DNA from: an uncultured delta proteobacterium
Lineage (GTDB): Bacteria; Desulfobacterota; Zymogenia; Zymogenales; Zymogenaceae
Reading direction: 5' to 3'
DNA: 64,000 nt
Assembly (NCBI GenBank): GCA_963735595.1
Contig: CAVTLK010000001.1
Coordinates: forward strand, 512,001-576,000
A program made the translations under genes and the position numbers. Shown in pieces: positions 36,900 through 47,585 of this stretch. Below the pieces are notes generated by a model that searched no databases, was not told the origin of the DNA, and saw only the letters and a list, made by a program, of their open reading frames with translations. The first letter of the stretch is position 1. Every line of letters starts with the position of its first letter.

Positions 36900-37472
36900 T
36901 TACGAGGAGGTTGCCTCTCTTTTCAGGATATCGATCATCTCATTGGTCGTGACTACCCGTGAAAAGACCAGCCCCTGAACCGCGCAGACCGCGGCGTGGA
37001 TCGAGGCGGCGCTGACGTCCCCGATGTCGATGGCGGCCGTCGCGTCCCTAAGAAAATGGACTGAATAGCCGCGGGCGTGGGCCTCCCGGGCCGTGGTGTC
37101 GCAGCACATGAAAGACATCAAGCCGCCGATGATCACGTGCTCGATTCCACGCCGGTCCAGGATATCCCCGAGATCCGTGAGGTAGAATGAGCCCGGCCTC
37201 GTCTTAGTGACGACCGGCTCGTTTGCTTGGGGAACGAACCCGTCGATGAATTCCACCGCGCTGCTTCCCGCCCGAAACGTGGCGTCTTGCGGGTTCTTGC
37301 TGATGTGCCTGACGTGGATGATATCAATTGATCGTTGTCGTGCAACCTCCATCAGAGAAAGGAGGTTATCGGCGACCTTCGGCCCATCGGGAATCTTGAG
37401 AAATCCGCCTTCCGAAAAGTATTCCTTTTGCATGTCTATGACGAGCAACGCGAACCGTTTTGTCGGCTTCAT
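36900..37472 (-). CDS. Isochorismatase family cysteine hydrolase
   Basis: ALLVIDMQ, K...SF..T.L, MCCDTTAR.A..RGY.V. Confidence 0.88.
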   Translation of the reverse strand: MKPTKRFALLVIDMQKEYFSEGGFLKIPDGPKVADNLLSLMEVARQRSIDIIHVRHISKNPQDATFRAGSSAVEFIDGFVPQANEPVVTKTRPGSFYLTDLGDILDRRGIEHVIIGGLMSFMCCDTTAREAHARGYSVHFLRDATAAIDIGDVSAASIHAAVCAVQGLVFSRVVTTNEMIDILKREATSS

Positions 37473-37490
37473 ACAACACCTCACCTATTA

Positions 37491-39224
37491 TCAATCGGCA
37501 TAAAGAGGCACAAGGTCGAATTTCTCCACGTCCACCAGTCCCCGGTCGGTTATCTTTAGTTTCGGGATGACTGCAAGCGGAAGAAACGACAGCGTCATGA
37601 AAGGGTTGGCAAGGACGCAGCCGATCTCGTGCGCAGCCTTCAGGTTCTTGGTCATTATGGAGTCAACCTCTTCGAGCGAGCGATCGCTCATCAATCCCGC
37701 GATCGGCAGTGCCAGCTCTGAGACAACCTCGCCGTCCCGCACCACCACCTGCCCTCCCCCCATCTCAATGATCCGGTTGGCGGCGCAATAGATGTCCGGG
37801 TCGCTCGTCCCCACGACCGTAATATTGTGTGAGTCATGCCCGACGGAAGACCCGACGGCGCCGGCCTTCAGGCCGCATCCCTTCACGAAGCCGACGGCGA
37901 CGTTACCCGTACCCCGGTGCCGCTCGATTACGGCGACCTTGAGTATATCACGCGCAACATCCGCGACGGCGGCGCCCGTATGTTCCGTAAGCCCGATCAG
38001 GAGTTGCTCGGTAAGTATCTGGCCGACAACGACCCCGATGACCCGCGCCGGGCCGTTCCTGAACGGGACCCTCAGCCTCTCGGGACCGAAGCCCTTCACA
38101 TTCATCGGCACACGCGGCATGTCCGAGGCTCCCTGAATCTCAAAGGTCGTCCCGCCTCCCCGGGCAACAAGGACTCCCTTCTTGAACACCTTGTCGACGC
38201 AGAAATCAGTCAGATCGTCCAGCACGGCCACGTCCGCCTGTCTGCCCGGGGCCAGCGCCCCGAGGTGAGAAACTCCTGCCCGCATCGCGGGTACAATCGT
38301 GGCCATTCTGACCGCGGTAACCGGATCGAGCCCGGCGGCGGCCGCGCGCTTCAGGAAATAGTCGATGTGCCCCCTTCTGAGGAGGTCGCCGGGGTGTATA
38401 TCGTCGCCGACCAGCGTCGCAAACCAGAAATTTCGCTCATTGATGAGGCCGATGAGCTCGTCGAGATTGCGGGCGTCGCTGCCCTCTCGGATCATAATAA
38501 ACATTCCCTGGCGCAGTTTCTCCCGGGCCTCCGATAACCCCATACACTCATGATCGGAGCCGATACCCGCCGAGATATAGGCCGTCAGGTCCCTGCCGGA
38601 AACCAGCGGCGCGTGCCCGTCGATCATCTTGTTCCTGCGCCGGGCCATAACGATCTTCTGGAGGACGTCCTCGGCGCCGTCTATTACGCCGGGGAAATTC
38701 ATCACCTCCCCCAGCCCGAGCACCCATGGCTCGTCGATCAGCTTCGATAGGTCTTCGGCCGAAAGAACGGCGCCCGAGGTCTCAAGTCCGGTTGCGGGAA
38801 CGCACGACGGCAGCATGAAATAGATATCGAGCGGCGTGAGCAGCCCGTCCTGCTGCATTGCCACGATCCCCGGCAAACCCATCACGTTTGCGATCTCGTG
38901 GGGATCGGCTATGACGGTCGTAGTCCCCCGGGCGGTCACGCCCCGGGCAAATTGCGATGGGACAAGACAGGAGCTCTCGATGTGGATGTGGCTTTCGATA
39001 AATCCGGGAGATAGGTATTTGCCGGAAACGTCGATCGTCTCGGCCGCCTCATAGGAGCCGACTCCCACGATACGGCCGGACAATATCCCGAGGTCCCCGC
39101 TTTCGGTCTCGCCGGTAAAGACGTTGATGATCCGCCCTCCCGAAAGAACCGTGTCGCACGGACGGATTCCCCGGGCCGCCTCTATGAGGGCCCGCAATTC
39201 ATTGGTTGGTATAGAAGTACTCAT
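37491..39224 (-). CDS. ade: Adenine deaminase
   Basis: HIHIESS, DPHEIANV, EVMNFPG, DGHAP, DHEC, REGS, HDSHN, LPIAGLMS. Confidence 0.95.
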   Translation of the reverse strand: MSTSIPTNELRALIEAARGIRPCDTVLSGGRIINVFTGETESGDLGILSGRIVGVGSYEAAETIDVSGKYLSPGFIESHIHIESSCLVPSQFARGVTARGTTTVIADPHEIANVMGLPGIVAMQQDGLLTPLDIYFMLPSCVPATGLETSGAVLSAEDLSKLIDEPWVLGLGEVMNFPGVIDGAEDVLQKIVMARRRNKMIDGHAPLVSGRDLTAYISAGIGSDHECMGLSEAREKLRQGMFIMIREGSDARNLDELIGLINERNFWFATLVGDDIHPGDLLRRGHIDYFLKRAAAAGLDPVTAVRMATIVPAMRAGVSHLGALAPGRQADVAVLDDLTDFCVDKVFKKGVLVARGGGTTFEIQGASDMPRVPMNVKGFGPERLRVPFRNGPARVIGVVVGQILTEQLLIGLTEHTGAAVADVARDILKVAVIERHRGTGNVAVGFVKGCGLKAGAVGSSVGHDSHNITVVGTSDPDIYCAANRIIEMGGGQVVVRDGEVVSELALPIAGLMSDRSLEEVDSIMTKNLKAAHEIGCVLANPFMTLSFLPLAVIPKLKITDRGLVDVEKFDLVPLYAD

Positions 39225-39883
39225 GGGAGGAAAAACAACGGGTTTCTTACCTTATTATCCTTACGGACCTCAAAATGGAGGTGGGGGCCGGTGGACTTGC
39301 CGGTGCTGCCTATCAGGCCGATCTTTTTCCCTTTCGCGACGGTGTCCCCCACCGATACGGAGATGACCGACAGGTGGCCGTAGTAGGTCTCATACCCGTC
39401 GCCGTGTTTGAGGATCACAAGGTTTCCGTAGCCGCCTTTACGGCCGGCGTACACGACCGTAGCGTCTCCACCGGCCAGCACCGGGATACCCGCATTGGCC
39501 GATATATCGAGGCCCGAGTGCATCTGCCCCCACCTGACCCCGAACAGGGAGTAGACAGTCCCCTCGGTCGGCCATACAAACATCCCCTTATGGACGACAA
39601 TAGTGCCCGTCTCATCAGTGTCGACCTTGTAGACCTCCACCTCCAGCTGCTTCCCGGCCCCGGGAATGAAGATCTCCTGTCCCACATAGATGCGGCTCTT
39701 ATCGTAGATATCGTTATATTCGGCGATCGTCTGCATATCGACGCCGTAGGTCTTGGAGATCCTCCATAGGGTCTGTCCCTTCTTCACCGTGTGATAGACC
39801 CCTCCGGTCGTCGTCGTGGTGACGCAGGCCGAGAGCGCCAGGAGCGCTACCGCCGCAGCGATGAATATAGTCTTCCGTTTCAT
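39221..39883 (-). CDS. LysM + M23 peptidase lipoprotein (NlpD-like)
   Basis: LSAC lipobox, HTVKKGQTLW.I, H.GLD, YGN, YGHL, GPHLHFE. Confidence 0.9.
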   Translation of the reverse strand: MKRKTIFIAAAVALLALSACVTTTTTGGVYHTVKKGQTLWRISKTYGVDMQTIAEYNDIYDKSRIYVGQEIFIPGAGKQLEVEVYKVDTDETGTIVVHKGMFVWPTEGTVYSLFGVRWGQMHSGLDISANAGIPVLAGGDATVVYAGRKGGYGNLVILKHGDGYETYYGHLSVISVSVGDTVAKGKKIGLIGSTGKSTGPHLHFEVRKDNKVRNPLFFLP

Positions 39884-39961
39884 ATAATCAAGAACGAGGC
39901 TTTCAGATGAGACACCTTCGACCCTTGCGAGCCGTACACCGCGAAAAGCTAACCGAACGGG

Positions 39962-40591
39962 CTATCGACGGGCCGCCAGTTTATCCCTCACGTGCCGGTA
40001 GACAAACCATATAAACCCGATCACCAGCAACGCGGCAACGGTAAACGAGACCGGCTCAGAATAGTGTTTAATTCTGTCCCAGTGCTCCCCCAACAGATAC
40101 CCGGCGTATACCAGGATGAAGTTCCACATAGACGCGCCGGCGACCGTATACAGGCAGAACCGTTTGAGATCCATCTTCCCAATACCCGCCGGGATGGATA
40201 TCAGGTGCCTGACTACGGGTATGAACCGGCTGATGAATATGGTATACTCTCCCCGCTTTTCGAACCATCGCTCCGTCTTATTAAGGTCTTCCACGTCCAG
40301 CAATACGTATTTGCCGTATCTGATGACAAACGCGTTACCGCCGTATTTCCCCATATAGTAGGATATCAGGGAACCCGTGATGCTGCCCAGCGAGCTTGCG
40401 ATCATAACCCAGACGAAGCTGAAATCGCCCCGGGAGATGAGGAATCCCGCAAACGGCAGCACCAGTTCCGACGGTATCGGGATCACCATGCTCTCCATGA
40501 CCATAAGGAAGAAAACGCCGAGGTAGCCGATCCTCGATATTACATCTATCGCGAAGACCGCCAGCAGTTCCAACAATCCGTATAGGGTCAT
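39962..40591 (-). CDS. DedA family membrane protein
   Basis: ESM..PIPSE...PFAG, F.SRF.PVVR..IS.PAG. Confidence 0.92.
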   Translation of the reverse strand: MTLYGLLELLAVFAIDVISRIGYLGVFFLMVMESMVIPIPSELVLPFAGFLISRGDFSFVWVMIASSLGSITGSLISYYMGKYGGNAFVIRYGKYVLLDVEDLNKTERWFEKRGEYTIFISRFIPVVRHLISIPAGIGKMDLKRFCLYTVAGASMWNFILVYAGYLLGEHWDRIKHYSEPVSFTVAALLVIGFIWFVYRHVRDKLAARR

Positions 40592-40646
40592 ACCTTACCT
40601 TCCTTCGTGCCTAATGCGATAGTACCGGAACCACCCGGACCATCGG

Positions 40647-41300
40647 CTAATGCATCCAACCGAATTCTCCAATCAGCTTCACGAACCTGCACGACCCGAG
40701 ATTCCTGCGGACAACCTCGTGCCCCTCCTTTACCGCCTGCACCAGTTCCTGCGAAGATCGCCCTCCCACCGGGATGACGAGCCTTCCCCCGTCTTTCAGT
40801 TGATCGATAAGCGGCCTCGGAATATCGGGGGACGCAGCGGCCACTACGATCGCGTCAAACGGGCATTGCTCTATCCAGCCCTGGGTTCCGTCATCCACCC
40901 TGATGCGGACGTTACTGAACCCAAGCTGCCTGAGGAGTCCGTCGGCCTTTTTCGCAAGCTCCTCAATCCGTTCGACGGAAAAGACCTCCCGTGCGATCTT
41001 GGCAAGAATCGCAGTCTGGTATCCCGACCCCGTTCCGATCTCCAGGACCCGATCCTTCGGAGAAAGCATAAGGCTTTCAACCATCAGTGCAACGATATAG
41101 GGCTGGGAAATGGTCTGCTCGTTTCCAATGGGCAGCGGGTAATCGTTGTAGGCCTGGTTCCTGAGAGCCTCTTCCACGAACAGGTGGCGCGGTACCGAAA
41201 GGAATGCGTCGATCGTTGCGCCGTCGCGTATCCCGCGGGAGACGATCTGTGCGTCGACCATGCGCTTCCTGGCTATTTCAAATCCGTCTCGATTCTCCAC
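40647..41300 (-). CDS. pcm: Protein-L-isoaspartate O-methyltransferase
   Basis: [31 protein letters not shown]. Confidence 0.95.
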   Translation of the reverse strand: MENRDGFEIARKRMVDAQIVSRGIRDGATIDAFLSVPRHLFVEEALRNQAYNDYPLPIGNEQTISQPYIVALMVESLMLSPKDRVLEIGTGSGYQTAILAKIAREVFSVERIEELAKKADGLLRQLGFSNVRIRVDDGTQGWIEQCPFDAIVVAAASPDIPRPLIDQLKDGGRLVIPVGGRSSQELVQAVKEGHEVVRRNLGSCRFVKLIGEFGWMH

Positions 41301-42028
41301 TTCCTTATCTCTCCGATGGATACGTAGTTTGTCAAATCAAGATGGAGCGGCGTTATCGATATATACCCGTGGGTCACGGCAAAGAAATCCGACTCGATAT
41401 CGTCTTCGAAGGTTATCTCACCCGATCCGATCGTAAATGATCCCGATCCCGGAGGCTCGACGCGCCCGACGACGGCATTGCTGTATACCCGTTTTCCCTG
41501 CCTGGTTACCTTGTACGGCCGCCGCTCCGCCACGATTGCATCGGGAATATTTACGTTAAGGACGGTGTCCCGCGGCATGGGGTGGGCGGCCAGATAATCG
41601 ACCAGATCCGCGGTAAACCGGGCGGCCGGCCCGAAATCACGGGCTGTCTTCATCTCGTACGAAACGGCGATCGACGGAATCGTAAGGAGGAGTCCCTCTA
41701 CGGCCGCCGATACCGTGCCGGAATAAAAGACGTCGTCCCCTAAATTTGCCCCGTGATTTATCCCCGATACTACGAGATCGGGGCGCACGGTGAGTATGCC
41801 GTTAACGGCAAGGTTCACACAGTCGGCCGGCGTTCCATCAACGGCATAGGAGCGCTCGCCCGTCTTCTGCACCGATAACGCCCTGCGCAGCGTGAGGCTG
41901 TGGCTCGAGGCGCTTTGTTCGCGCGCGGGGGCGACCACAAAGACCGTATGTTTGCGCTCGAGCTCACCTGACAGAGCCCTGATGCCTTCGGCCTCGATAC
42001 CGTCATCGTTTGAAACGAGAATAATCAA
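41273..42028 (-). CDS. surE: 5'/3'-nucleotidase SurE
   Basis: [38 protein letters not shown]. Confidence 0.96.
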   Translation of the reverse strand: MIILVSNDDGIEAEGIRALSGELERKHTVFVVAPAREQSASSHSLTLRRALSVQKTGERSYAVDGTPADCVNLAVNGILTVRPDLVVSGINHGANLGDDVFYSGTVSAAVEGLLLTIPSIAVSYEMKTARDFGPAARFTADLVDYLAAHPMPRDTVLNVNIPDAIVAERRPYKVTRQGKRVYSNAVVGRVEPPGSGSFTIGSGEITFEDDIESDFFAVTHGYISITPLHLDLTNYVSIGEIRKWRIETDLK

Positions 42029-42231
42029 CGGAAACCCGCAATCTGATCCATCGAATTACCGTACCACATCGAAATGTCAGGGTCAACTCATTTTAGGAAC
42101 GCGCCCGTGTTCATTTGGGGGCAATAGCGGCCGTTGAAGGGCGGCCGTGCGATGAAATAAAATGCTTCCCATAGGGTATATCCTTTAGTATAATGCCGGA
42201 TATTTCAACACTATTATGAGAGAGGTGTTTT

Positions 42232-43572
42232 ATGACCAACGGTTATTCAAAGGAAGGATACCTCGTCTCCAAGCGGTACGCCTACTACGTCTTCTTCGTC
42301 CTCTTCATCATCTACATGATCGACTACGCAGATCGCTACATCATTTCCGGACTCATCCCCTACCTCAAGGCGCCCGCGGCAGAGGGTGGACTGGGCTTTT
42401 CCGATGGGGACTGTGGACTCCTTGTGTCGGCAGTTTACTGGTCTATTGTCATCCTTACCTTCCCGCTTTCGATTATTATCGACCGCTGGCGAAGGACCCG
42501 GAGCCTTGGAATCCTCGTATTCCTCTGGAGCCTTGCCACCGGAGCCTGCGCGTTCGCCACGAACTTCAGACAGCTCTTTACGGCCCGGGTTGCTGTAGGC
42601 GTCGGCGAATCGGGTTACGTCCCGGGAGGGTACAGCCTCATCTCGGCCTTTTTCCCCGAGAAAAGGCGTGAGCTCATGATGGGTATCTGGAACGGCGCAA
42701 TCCCCCTCGGGATAGTCATGGGGTCGGTGCTCGGTGGTATCATCGCGGTGAATCTCGGGTGGCGCCATGCCTTCGGGATCATGGCGATACCGGGGCTTGT
42801 CCTGGCGTTTCTCTTCTTCTTCATGAAGGACTATAAGACCGTGGAGCTTCTGCGTACCGTAACCGATTCGAAGAAGACGCAGAAGGTCAAGATGAAGGCG
42901 AAGGATATCGTCAAGGAGTTCCTCGATACCCCGTCCCTGCTGTTGACCTATTTCGGCTACACGGGCTGCGTCTTCGTCACCAATTCCCTGATCCTCTGGT
43001 TACCCGCCTATTTTAACCGGATGGAGGGATTGCCCATGGACAAGGCGACGATGAAATCGTCGGTCGTCTTCCTGCTGGCGGTCCTGGGCGCCCCCCTCGG
43101 CGGAATTATCACCAACGCCCTGCGAAAGCGCTTTAAAACCGCGCGCCTTGCCTTTCCCGCCATCAGCACGTTCGCGGCGGCGATTCTGCTCTTTGCCGCC
43201 TTTCACTTTTTCACGGGAAAAGCCCAGTACTTCGTCCTCATCGCCATGGGGTTGGTCATTCCGATGTTTGTGGCGGGATCGGCCGCCGTCACCCAGGACG
43301 TTGTCCATCCGGGGCTCCGTTCCGTATCCCAGAGCCTGAACATCGTCGTCCAGAACCTCCTGGGGGCGTCCCTCGGACCTCTCTTTATCGGCCTTGTTTC
43401 CGACCACTATATCAGGAAATTCAACGTAGACCCGGCGATGGGCCTTGTTGCCGGATTCAAATACCTGCCAATCTTCCTCACCGTCGGGGCACTTTTCTTC
43501 CTGGCTGGATCCTTTTTCTACGTCAGGGACCTGGCGAAAGTCGAGCGCGTGGAGTTGAAGGCAGAGGAATAG
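42232..43572 (+). CDS. MFS transporter, Spinster-like
   Basis: YMIDYADR, IDRWRR, ARVAVGVGES; about 12 hydrophobic segments. Confidence 0.88.
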   Translation: MTNGYSKEGYLVSKRYAYYVFFVLFIIYMIDYADRYIISGLIPYLKAPAAEGGLGFSDGDCGLLVSAVYWSIVILTFPLSIIIDRWRRTRSLGILVFLWSLATGACAFATNFRQLFTARVAVGVGESGYVPGGYSLISAFFPEKRRELMMGIWNGAIPLGIVMGSVLGGIIAVNLGWRHAFGIMAIPGLVLAFLFFFMKDYKTVELLRTVTDSKKTQKVKMKAKDIVKEFLDTPSLLLTYFGYTGCVFVTNSLILWLPAYFNRMEGLPMDKATMKSSVVFLLAVLGAPLGGIITNALRKRFKTARLAFPAISTFAAAILLFAAFHFFTGKAQYFVLIAMGLVIPMFVAGSAAVTQDVVHPGLRSVSQSLNIVVQNLLGASLGPLFIGLVSDHYIRKFNVDPAMGLVAGFKYLPIFLTVGALFFLAGSFFYVRDLAKVERVELKAEE

Positions 43573-43590
43573 CCTGCAAAACCGTGATAG

Positions 43591-43629
43591 GAAAAGGGCC
43601 GCGACGTCTGTCGCGGCCCTTCTTTTTTC
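43591..43629. terminator. Bidirectional terminator between the MFS gene and iorB
   Basis: AAGGGCCGCGAC-GTCT-GTCGCGGCCCTT with A run before and T run after. Confidence 0.85.
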
Positions 43630-43646
43630 TCACGGAAACCTGTTGG

Positions 43647-44276
43647 CTACGATGCCGACATCGCCTGAATACCTTCCTTGAATGCCTCGATGTTCTTCTT
43701 CAGGTGCTTTTCGGGCACGCTCTGTTTTATCGCCTCTTCGAACTCTTCGACGGTCACCGGAACCACGCCCCACCGGGCGAACGCGCCGAGCATAATGATG
43801 TTGGCGAGTATCGGTGTCTTTACCTTCAGGGCGATATCGGTCGCATCGATGAAAAAGGCCTCTTTCGCATGATCGGTGATAATCTTCTTGAGGTTATCCA
43901 GGTCCGGGTATTCGAACGCCCCGGTGATGACGTCCACCGGATATATGGGGCGGGTGTTGGAGAGGACCCGAACGTCCGGGTTACCGTACTCGCCCATGAC
44001 CCTGAGGGCCTCGGCCGGCTCCAGCGCTATAATATAGTGGGCCTTCCCCTTCGGGATGATCGGCGAGATCCCGCCCTGCTTGGCGACCCGGAGGTGGCTC
44101 ATGACTGAACCTCCCCGCTGTGACGCGCCGTAGGTCTCCCCGATGATAACCTCAAATCCCTTGCTGACCAACAGCCTCCCCAGCAGCTGGGACGCCATGA
44201 TGTTTCCCTGTCCGCCGACGCCTGCAATTATGATATTCGTGGGATCGTAGGTCAGACCCGCGCCGTTATGCTTCAT
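43647..44276 (-). CDS. iorB: Indolepyruvate:ferredoxin oxidoreductase beta subunit
   Basis: GVGGQG, ETYG.SQRGGSV.SH.R, ALEP.EALR, N..MLGA. Confidence 0.9.
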   Translation of the reverse strand: MKHNGAGLTYDPTNIIIAGVGGQGNIMASQLLGRLLVSKGFEVIIGETYGASQRGGSVMSHLRVAKQGGISPIIPKGKAHYIIALEPAEALRVMGEYGNPDVRVLSNTRPIYPVDVITGAFEYPDLDNLKKIITDHAKEAFFIDATDIALKVKTPILANIIMLGAFARWGVVPVTVEEFEEAIKQSVPEKHLKKNIEAFKEGIQAMSAS

Positions 44277-46188
44277 GGCTGACCTCCCTGATAATGGCGC
44301 CCTCCGGGCAGATATCCGCACATACCCCACAGCCGTTGCAGATCACCTCGTCGATCCGGGCGACCTTGTTGATTCTGTCCCAGATAATCCCCGGACATTT
44401 GAAGACCCGCGTGCAGAGCCGGTTGCACCCGCAGGCGTCGCCAAGACACCTTTTTTCGTCTACCCGAACCTCATACCGCTTATCGTCTTTCTTCAGGCGG
44501 TAGAGGCAGCATTCCTGTCGCATAACGATGACCTTGATCCCCTCATCATCCTGGATGGTGTCGTAGACTGTTTGCACGGTCTCTTCCACGTCGAACGGAT
44601 CGAGCACCCGTACCTTTGCACCCAGCGATTGACAGATCTTCTCGATGGATAACCCGTGGGCCGGGACACCCATCGCGCTGATATCGGAACCCGAGTGAGG
44701 CTGGGCCCCGGTCATGGCCGTCGTGCTGTTATCAAGTACGACCATCGTGAAGTTGGACTCGTGATGGGCGGCGTTGATGAGGGCCGGGATCACGGAGTGG
44801 TAAAAAGTCGAATCCCCCGAGACGGCCAGCACCGGCTGGTCGAGCCCGAAGGCCTTGAGCTGGCCCAGGCCCGTGGCCAGGCCCGACCCCGATCCCATCG
44901 CGTGCGTCGTCCTGAGCATTGAATACCCCTGCGGCCCCAGCCCGATGGTGTAGCACCCGATATCCCCGACGATAAAACCGTCGCGCCCATCCAGTTTGAG
45001 CGCCTTTTTAAGCTCCCAGTAGCTCGCCCGGTGAGGGCAGCCGGCGCAAAACGTGAGCGCCCGATAGGGCGAATTGGGAAGCGCCAGGCCCATGATCTTG
45101 GCCTGGTAGTCCGGGTCAACGGGGACGTAGCCGGTTCCCGTCAGGCCGCCGACGGCCTGTGCCATGATATCGGGAGACAGCTCGTTTTCCTTTGGAAGAT
45201 GACCGGAGGCCTTTCCGTAAAACTCGATGACCCCGAGGTCTTTGACGTGGTTCGCATAGGCCTCCTTGACGGACGCCTCGATAAACGGGAGCACCTCCTC
45301 TGCCACCAGGACCTTCTTCACCCCTTTCAAGTTCCGGGCGATAAACTCATCCGGCAGCGGGAAGGTCGTCCCGATCTTCAGAACGCCGACCTTGCCGGAA
45401 AGTCCCAGGAGATTGAGCGCCTCCTTCGTATAAAGATAGGCCGCGCCGGAGGCCGCCACGACGAGCTCCGCCCCTGCGGGGCCTTCGTACCGGTTGAAGT
45501 CGGACTCTTCGAACTTGTCCTTGATCGCGGCCATTTTATCGTGCAGGATCTTGTGGGTCCAGGGCACGGGAAATGCCAGGACGGTCCGGTTCGTGTCGAA
45601 CCGGGCCTTCTTGTTGGCTTTTTCGATCTGTGAATAGACGACGTTTCCCCTCCCGTGAGAGATCCTGGTGACGCTTCGGATCATGACCATGAGCCCGGTC
45701 TCCTCGGAGAGCTTAAAGGCGAACTTCGTCATGTCCTTGGCTTCCTGGAAACCTGACGGCTCCAGCAGCGGAATCTCCAGGAGCCGTGAGAAGTAGCGGG
45801 TATCCTCCTCGTTAGATGAGGATATGCCGCCGGGGTCGTCGGCGACGATCAGCACCATCCCCCCCGGCCCAACCCCGGTGAGCACCGCGTTGCTGATAAA
45901 ATCCGACGCGACGTTCAGGCCGTTTTGCTTCATTGCGCAGATGGATCGGAGACCGGCATAGGAGGCGCCGGCCGCCGCCTCTATAGCGACCTTTTCATTG
46001 GTCGACCATTCGACGTAAATGCCCAGTTCCTTACCCAGGCTTCCCAAGACGGTAATGATCTCCGAGGACGGGTTGCCCGGATACGCGGACGCGAAGGCCA
46101 CGCCGGCCTCGATCGCACCCCGGGCGATCGCCTCGTTGCCCATGAGGAGATTGATTTCTCCCGGGCTATCTTTCGAAAGGTAAGACAT
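44266..46188 (-). CDS. iorA: Indolepyruvate:ferredoxin oxidoreductase alpha subunit
   Basis: LMGNEAIARGA, YPG.PSSE, EWS.NEKVA, FCAGCPHR, GDIGCY, GDSTF.H, DN.TTAMTG.Q, C-terminal ferredoxin. Confidence 0.92.
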   Translation of the reverse strand: MSYLSKDSPGEINLLMGNEAIARGAIEAGVAFASAYPGNPSSEIITVLGSLGKELGIYVEWSTNEKVAIEAAAGASYAGLRSICAMKQNGLNVASDFISNAVLTGVGPGGMVLIVADDPGGISSSNEEDTRYFSRLLEIPLLEPSGFQEAKDMTKFAFKLSEETGLMVMIRSVTRISHGRGNVVYSQIEKANKKARFDTNRTVLAFPVPWTHKILHDKMAAIKDKFEESDFNRYEGPAGAELVVAASGAAYLYTKEALNLLGLSGKVGVLKIGTTFPLPDEFIARNLKGVKKVLVAEEVLPFIEASVKEAYANHVKDLGVIEFYGKASGHLPKENELSPDIMAQAVGGLTGTGYVPVDPDYQAKIMGLALPNSPYRALTFCAGCPHRASYWELKKALKLDGRDGFIVGDIGCYTIGLGPQGYSMLRTTHAMGSGSGLATGLGQLKAFGLDQPVLAVSGDSTFYHSVIPALINAAHHESNFTMVVLDNSTTAMTGAQPHSGSDISAMGVPAHGLSIEKICQSLGAKVRVLDPFDVEETVQTVYDTIQDDEGIKVIVMRQECCLYRLKKDDKRYEVRVDEKRCLGDACGCNRLCTRVFKCPGIIWDRINKVARIDEVICNGCGVCADICPEGAIIREVSHEA

Positions 46189-46197
46189 ACGATGCCT

Positions 46198-47292
46198 CTA
46201 TCCCATGATTTTTTTCAGCCGGTCCCCGGGCCCGACGATATAGCCCCATTTGCCTTCCGGGTCTTTATCAGACAGGTTTTTCAACGCGCGCTTCTTCTTT
46301 GTGAGCGCCGACTCTTTGAGGTGGGTAAGCCCGCCATCGGGCATCTTCTCGACGCGTATGACCCCCGCATCCGCAGCCTCTCTCACGAGATCCTCGCCCC
46401 TTTTCGTCCGCACGATCAGGAGGTTCTGTAACGGGTCATCCTCCAGAACCCCCACCGATATATCGGCAAATTCCGAGGTCATGTCGATACAGTTTTTACA
46501 CGACTCTTTGACGAACGGCCTGATCTCCGAGAGGGGGAAGGTGAGTCTGCCCTTTCGGGTATCAACCACGAACAGCTCAGCCGGGGGCGGTGGGATATCG
46601 AAACCGGTAATGTCGCCGATTTCCACCCGGCTTGAAAGATACTCGAATAGCTTCCGGTAATCGAGGCCCCACGTGCAGAAGAGCCCGATCATGTACGAGA
46701 CCGTATTCCCCGGGTTTTTCTCGACGCCGTCAAGGGACGTCATCTTGGCAGCCGCCGTCACCTGGCATGGCGTCCCGACAACGGCCACCCGCTCATAGCC
46801 CTCCCTGGCCGCCCGGGACAATACCGAGAGCGTCGGCGCTGCGCTGTACCTGGAGCCGGACGCACGTCGCACCCCCGCCTTATCGGTCGCGAGGTCGGCC
46901 ACCGGCAATACCTTGTCGGCAGTCGTAAGGGCGGCGGCGTCAATCATCTTTCGGTCGAAGAGGAACTCCAGCAACGAGGTAACGGTCCCCCCGGCCTGGT
47001 ATTTCCCCGGTCCCGTCGCCCGCGACGAATATATTTCACGGTACGTCCCGAGTGCGTATTCACCGTAGGGAACACCGAAGCGCTTGTGCGACAGTGCGTC
47101 AAGGTCGAGCTCGGTGCGCGGGCAGAAGAGAAAACATCTTCCTTCCTCCTTGTCGCACGGGTCCAGGTTGATGGTCCTGCCCAGAAACGACGTAAAATAT
47201 GGGCAGAGCCCCACGCACGCTCCACAGCCGCTGCAAAGATCGGAAGTGAGCACCTCAGCAAGAAGCCTCTGCGGCCCGCGGGCATTACTCAT
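46198..47292 (-). CDS. FrhB/FdhB-family (F420 hydrogenase beta-like) Fe-S flavoprotein
   Basis: CSGCGACVGLCP, Q.GG.VT.LL, GSRY, VGTPCQ, IGLFC, C..C.D...EFADISVG. Confidence 0.88.
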   Translation of the reverse strand: MSNARGPQRLLAEVLTSDLCSGCGACVGLCPYFTSFLGRTINLDPCDKEEGRCFLFCPRTELDLDALSHKRFGVPYGEYALGTYREIYSSRATGPGKYQAGGTVTSLLEFLFDRKMIDAAALTTADKVLPVADLATDKAGVRRASGSRYSAAPTLSVLSRAAREGYERVAVVGTPCQVTAAAKMTSLDGVEKNPGNTVSYMIGLFCTWGLDYRKLFEYLSSRVEIGDITGFDIPPPPAELFVVDTRKGRLTFPLSEIRPFVKESCKNCIDMTSEFADISVGVLEDDPLQNLLIVRTKRGEDLVREAADAGVIRVEKMPDGGLTHLKESALTKKKRALKNLSDKDPEGKWGYIVGPGDRLKKIMG

Positions 47293-47463
47293 AGAAACCC
47301 TCCCATTTTTCAGGCACGTGAACGTGCTTGGTGCACCTAAATATCCCACGCCGCATCTCGCCCCGTGCAGGCGGCGAAACCGGCTTTATCGGCATCGATC
47401 GGATCATCACATTCGGAAAGATACAGACTGTCAATAAATAATACCGGACTCTTTTAGTAGTAT

Positions 47464-47492
47464 AGTATACTCTCGATCCTTTCGAAGGTCAA
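47464..47492 (-). promoter_or_regulatory. Sigma70 promoter for the frhB-like/iorAB operon
   Basis: Minus strand TTGACC-N17-TATACT. Confidence 0.6.
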
Positions 47493-47585
47493 TACTCGGC
47501 TGCGACAAATCACCGTCCTCTTCAAAAAGGGAAAGGATTGCCCCGCCCGTATTGCGAGAGCATCTTGATTATCGGGTAAGAATAA

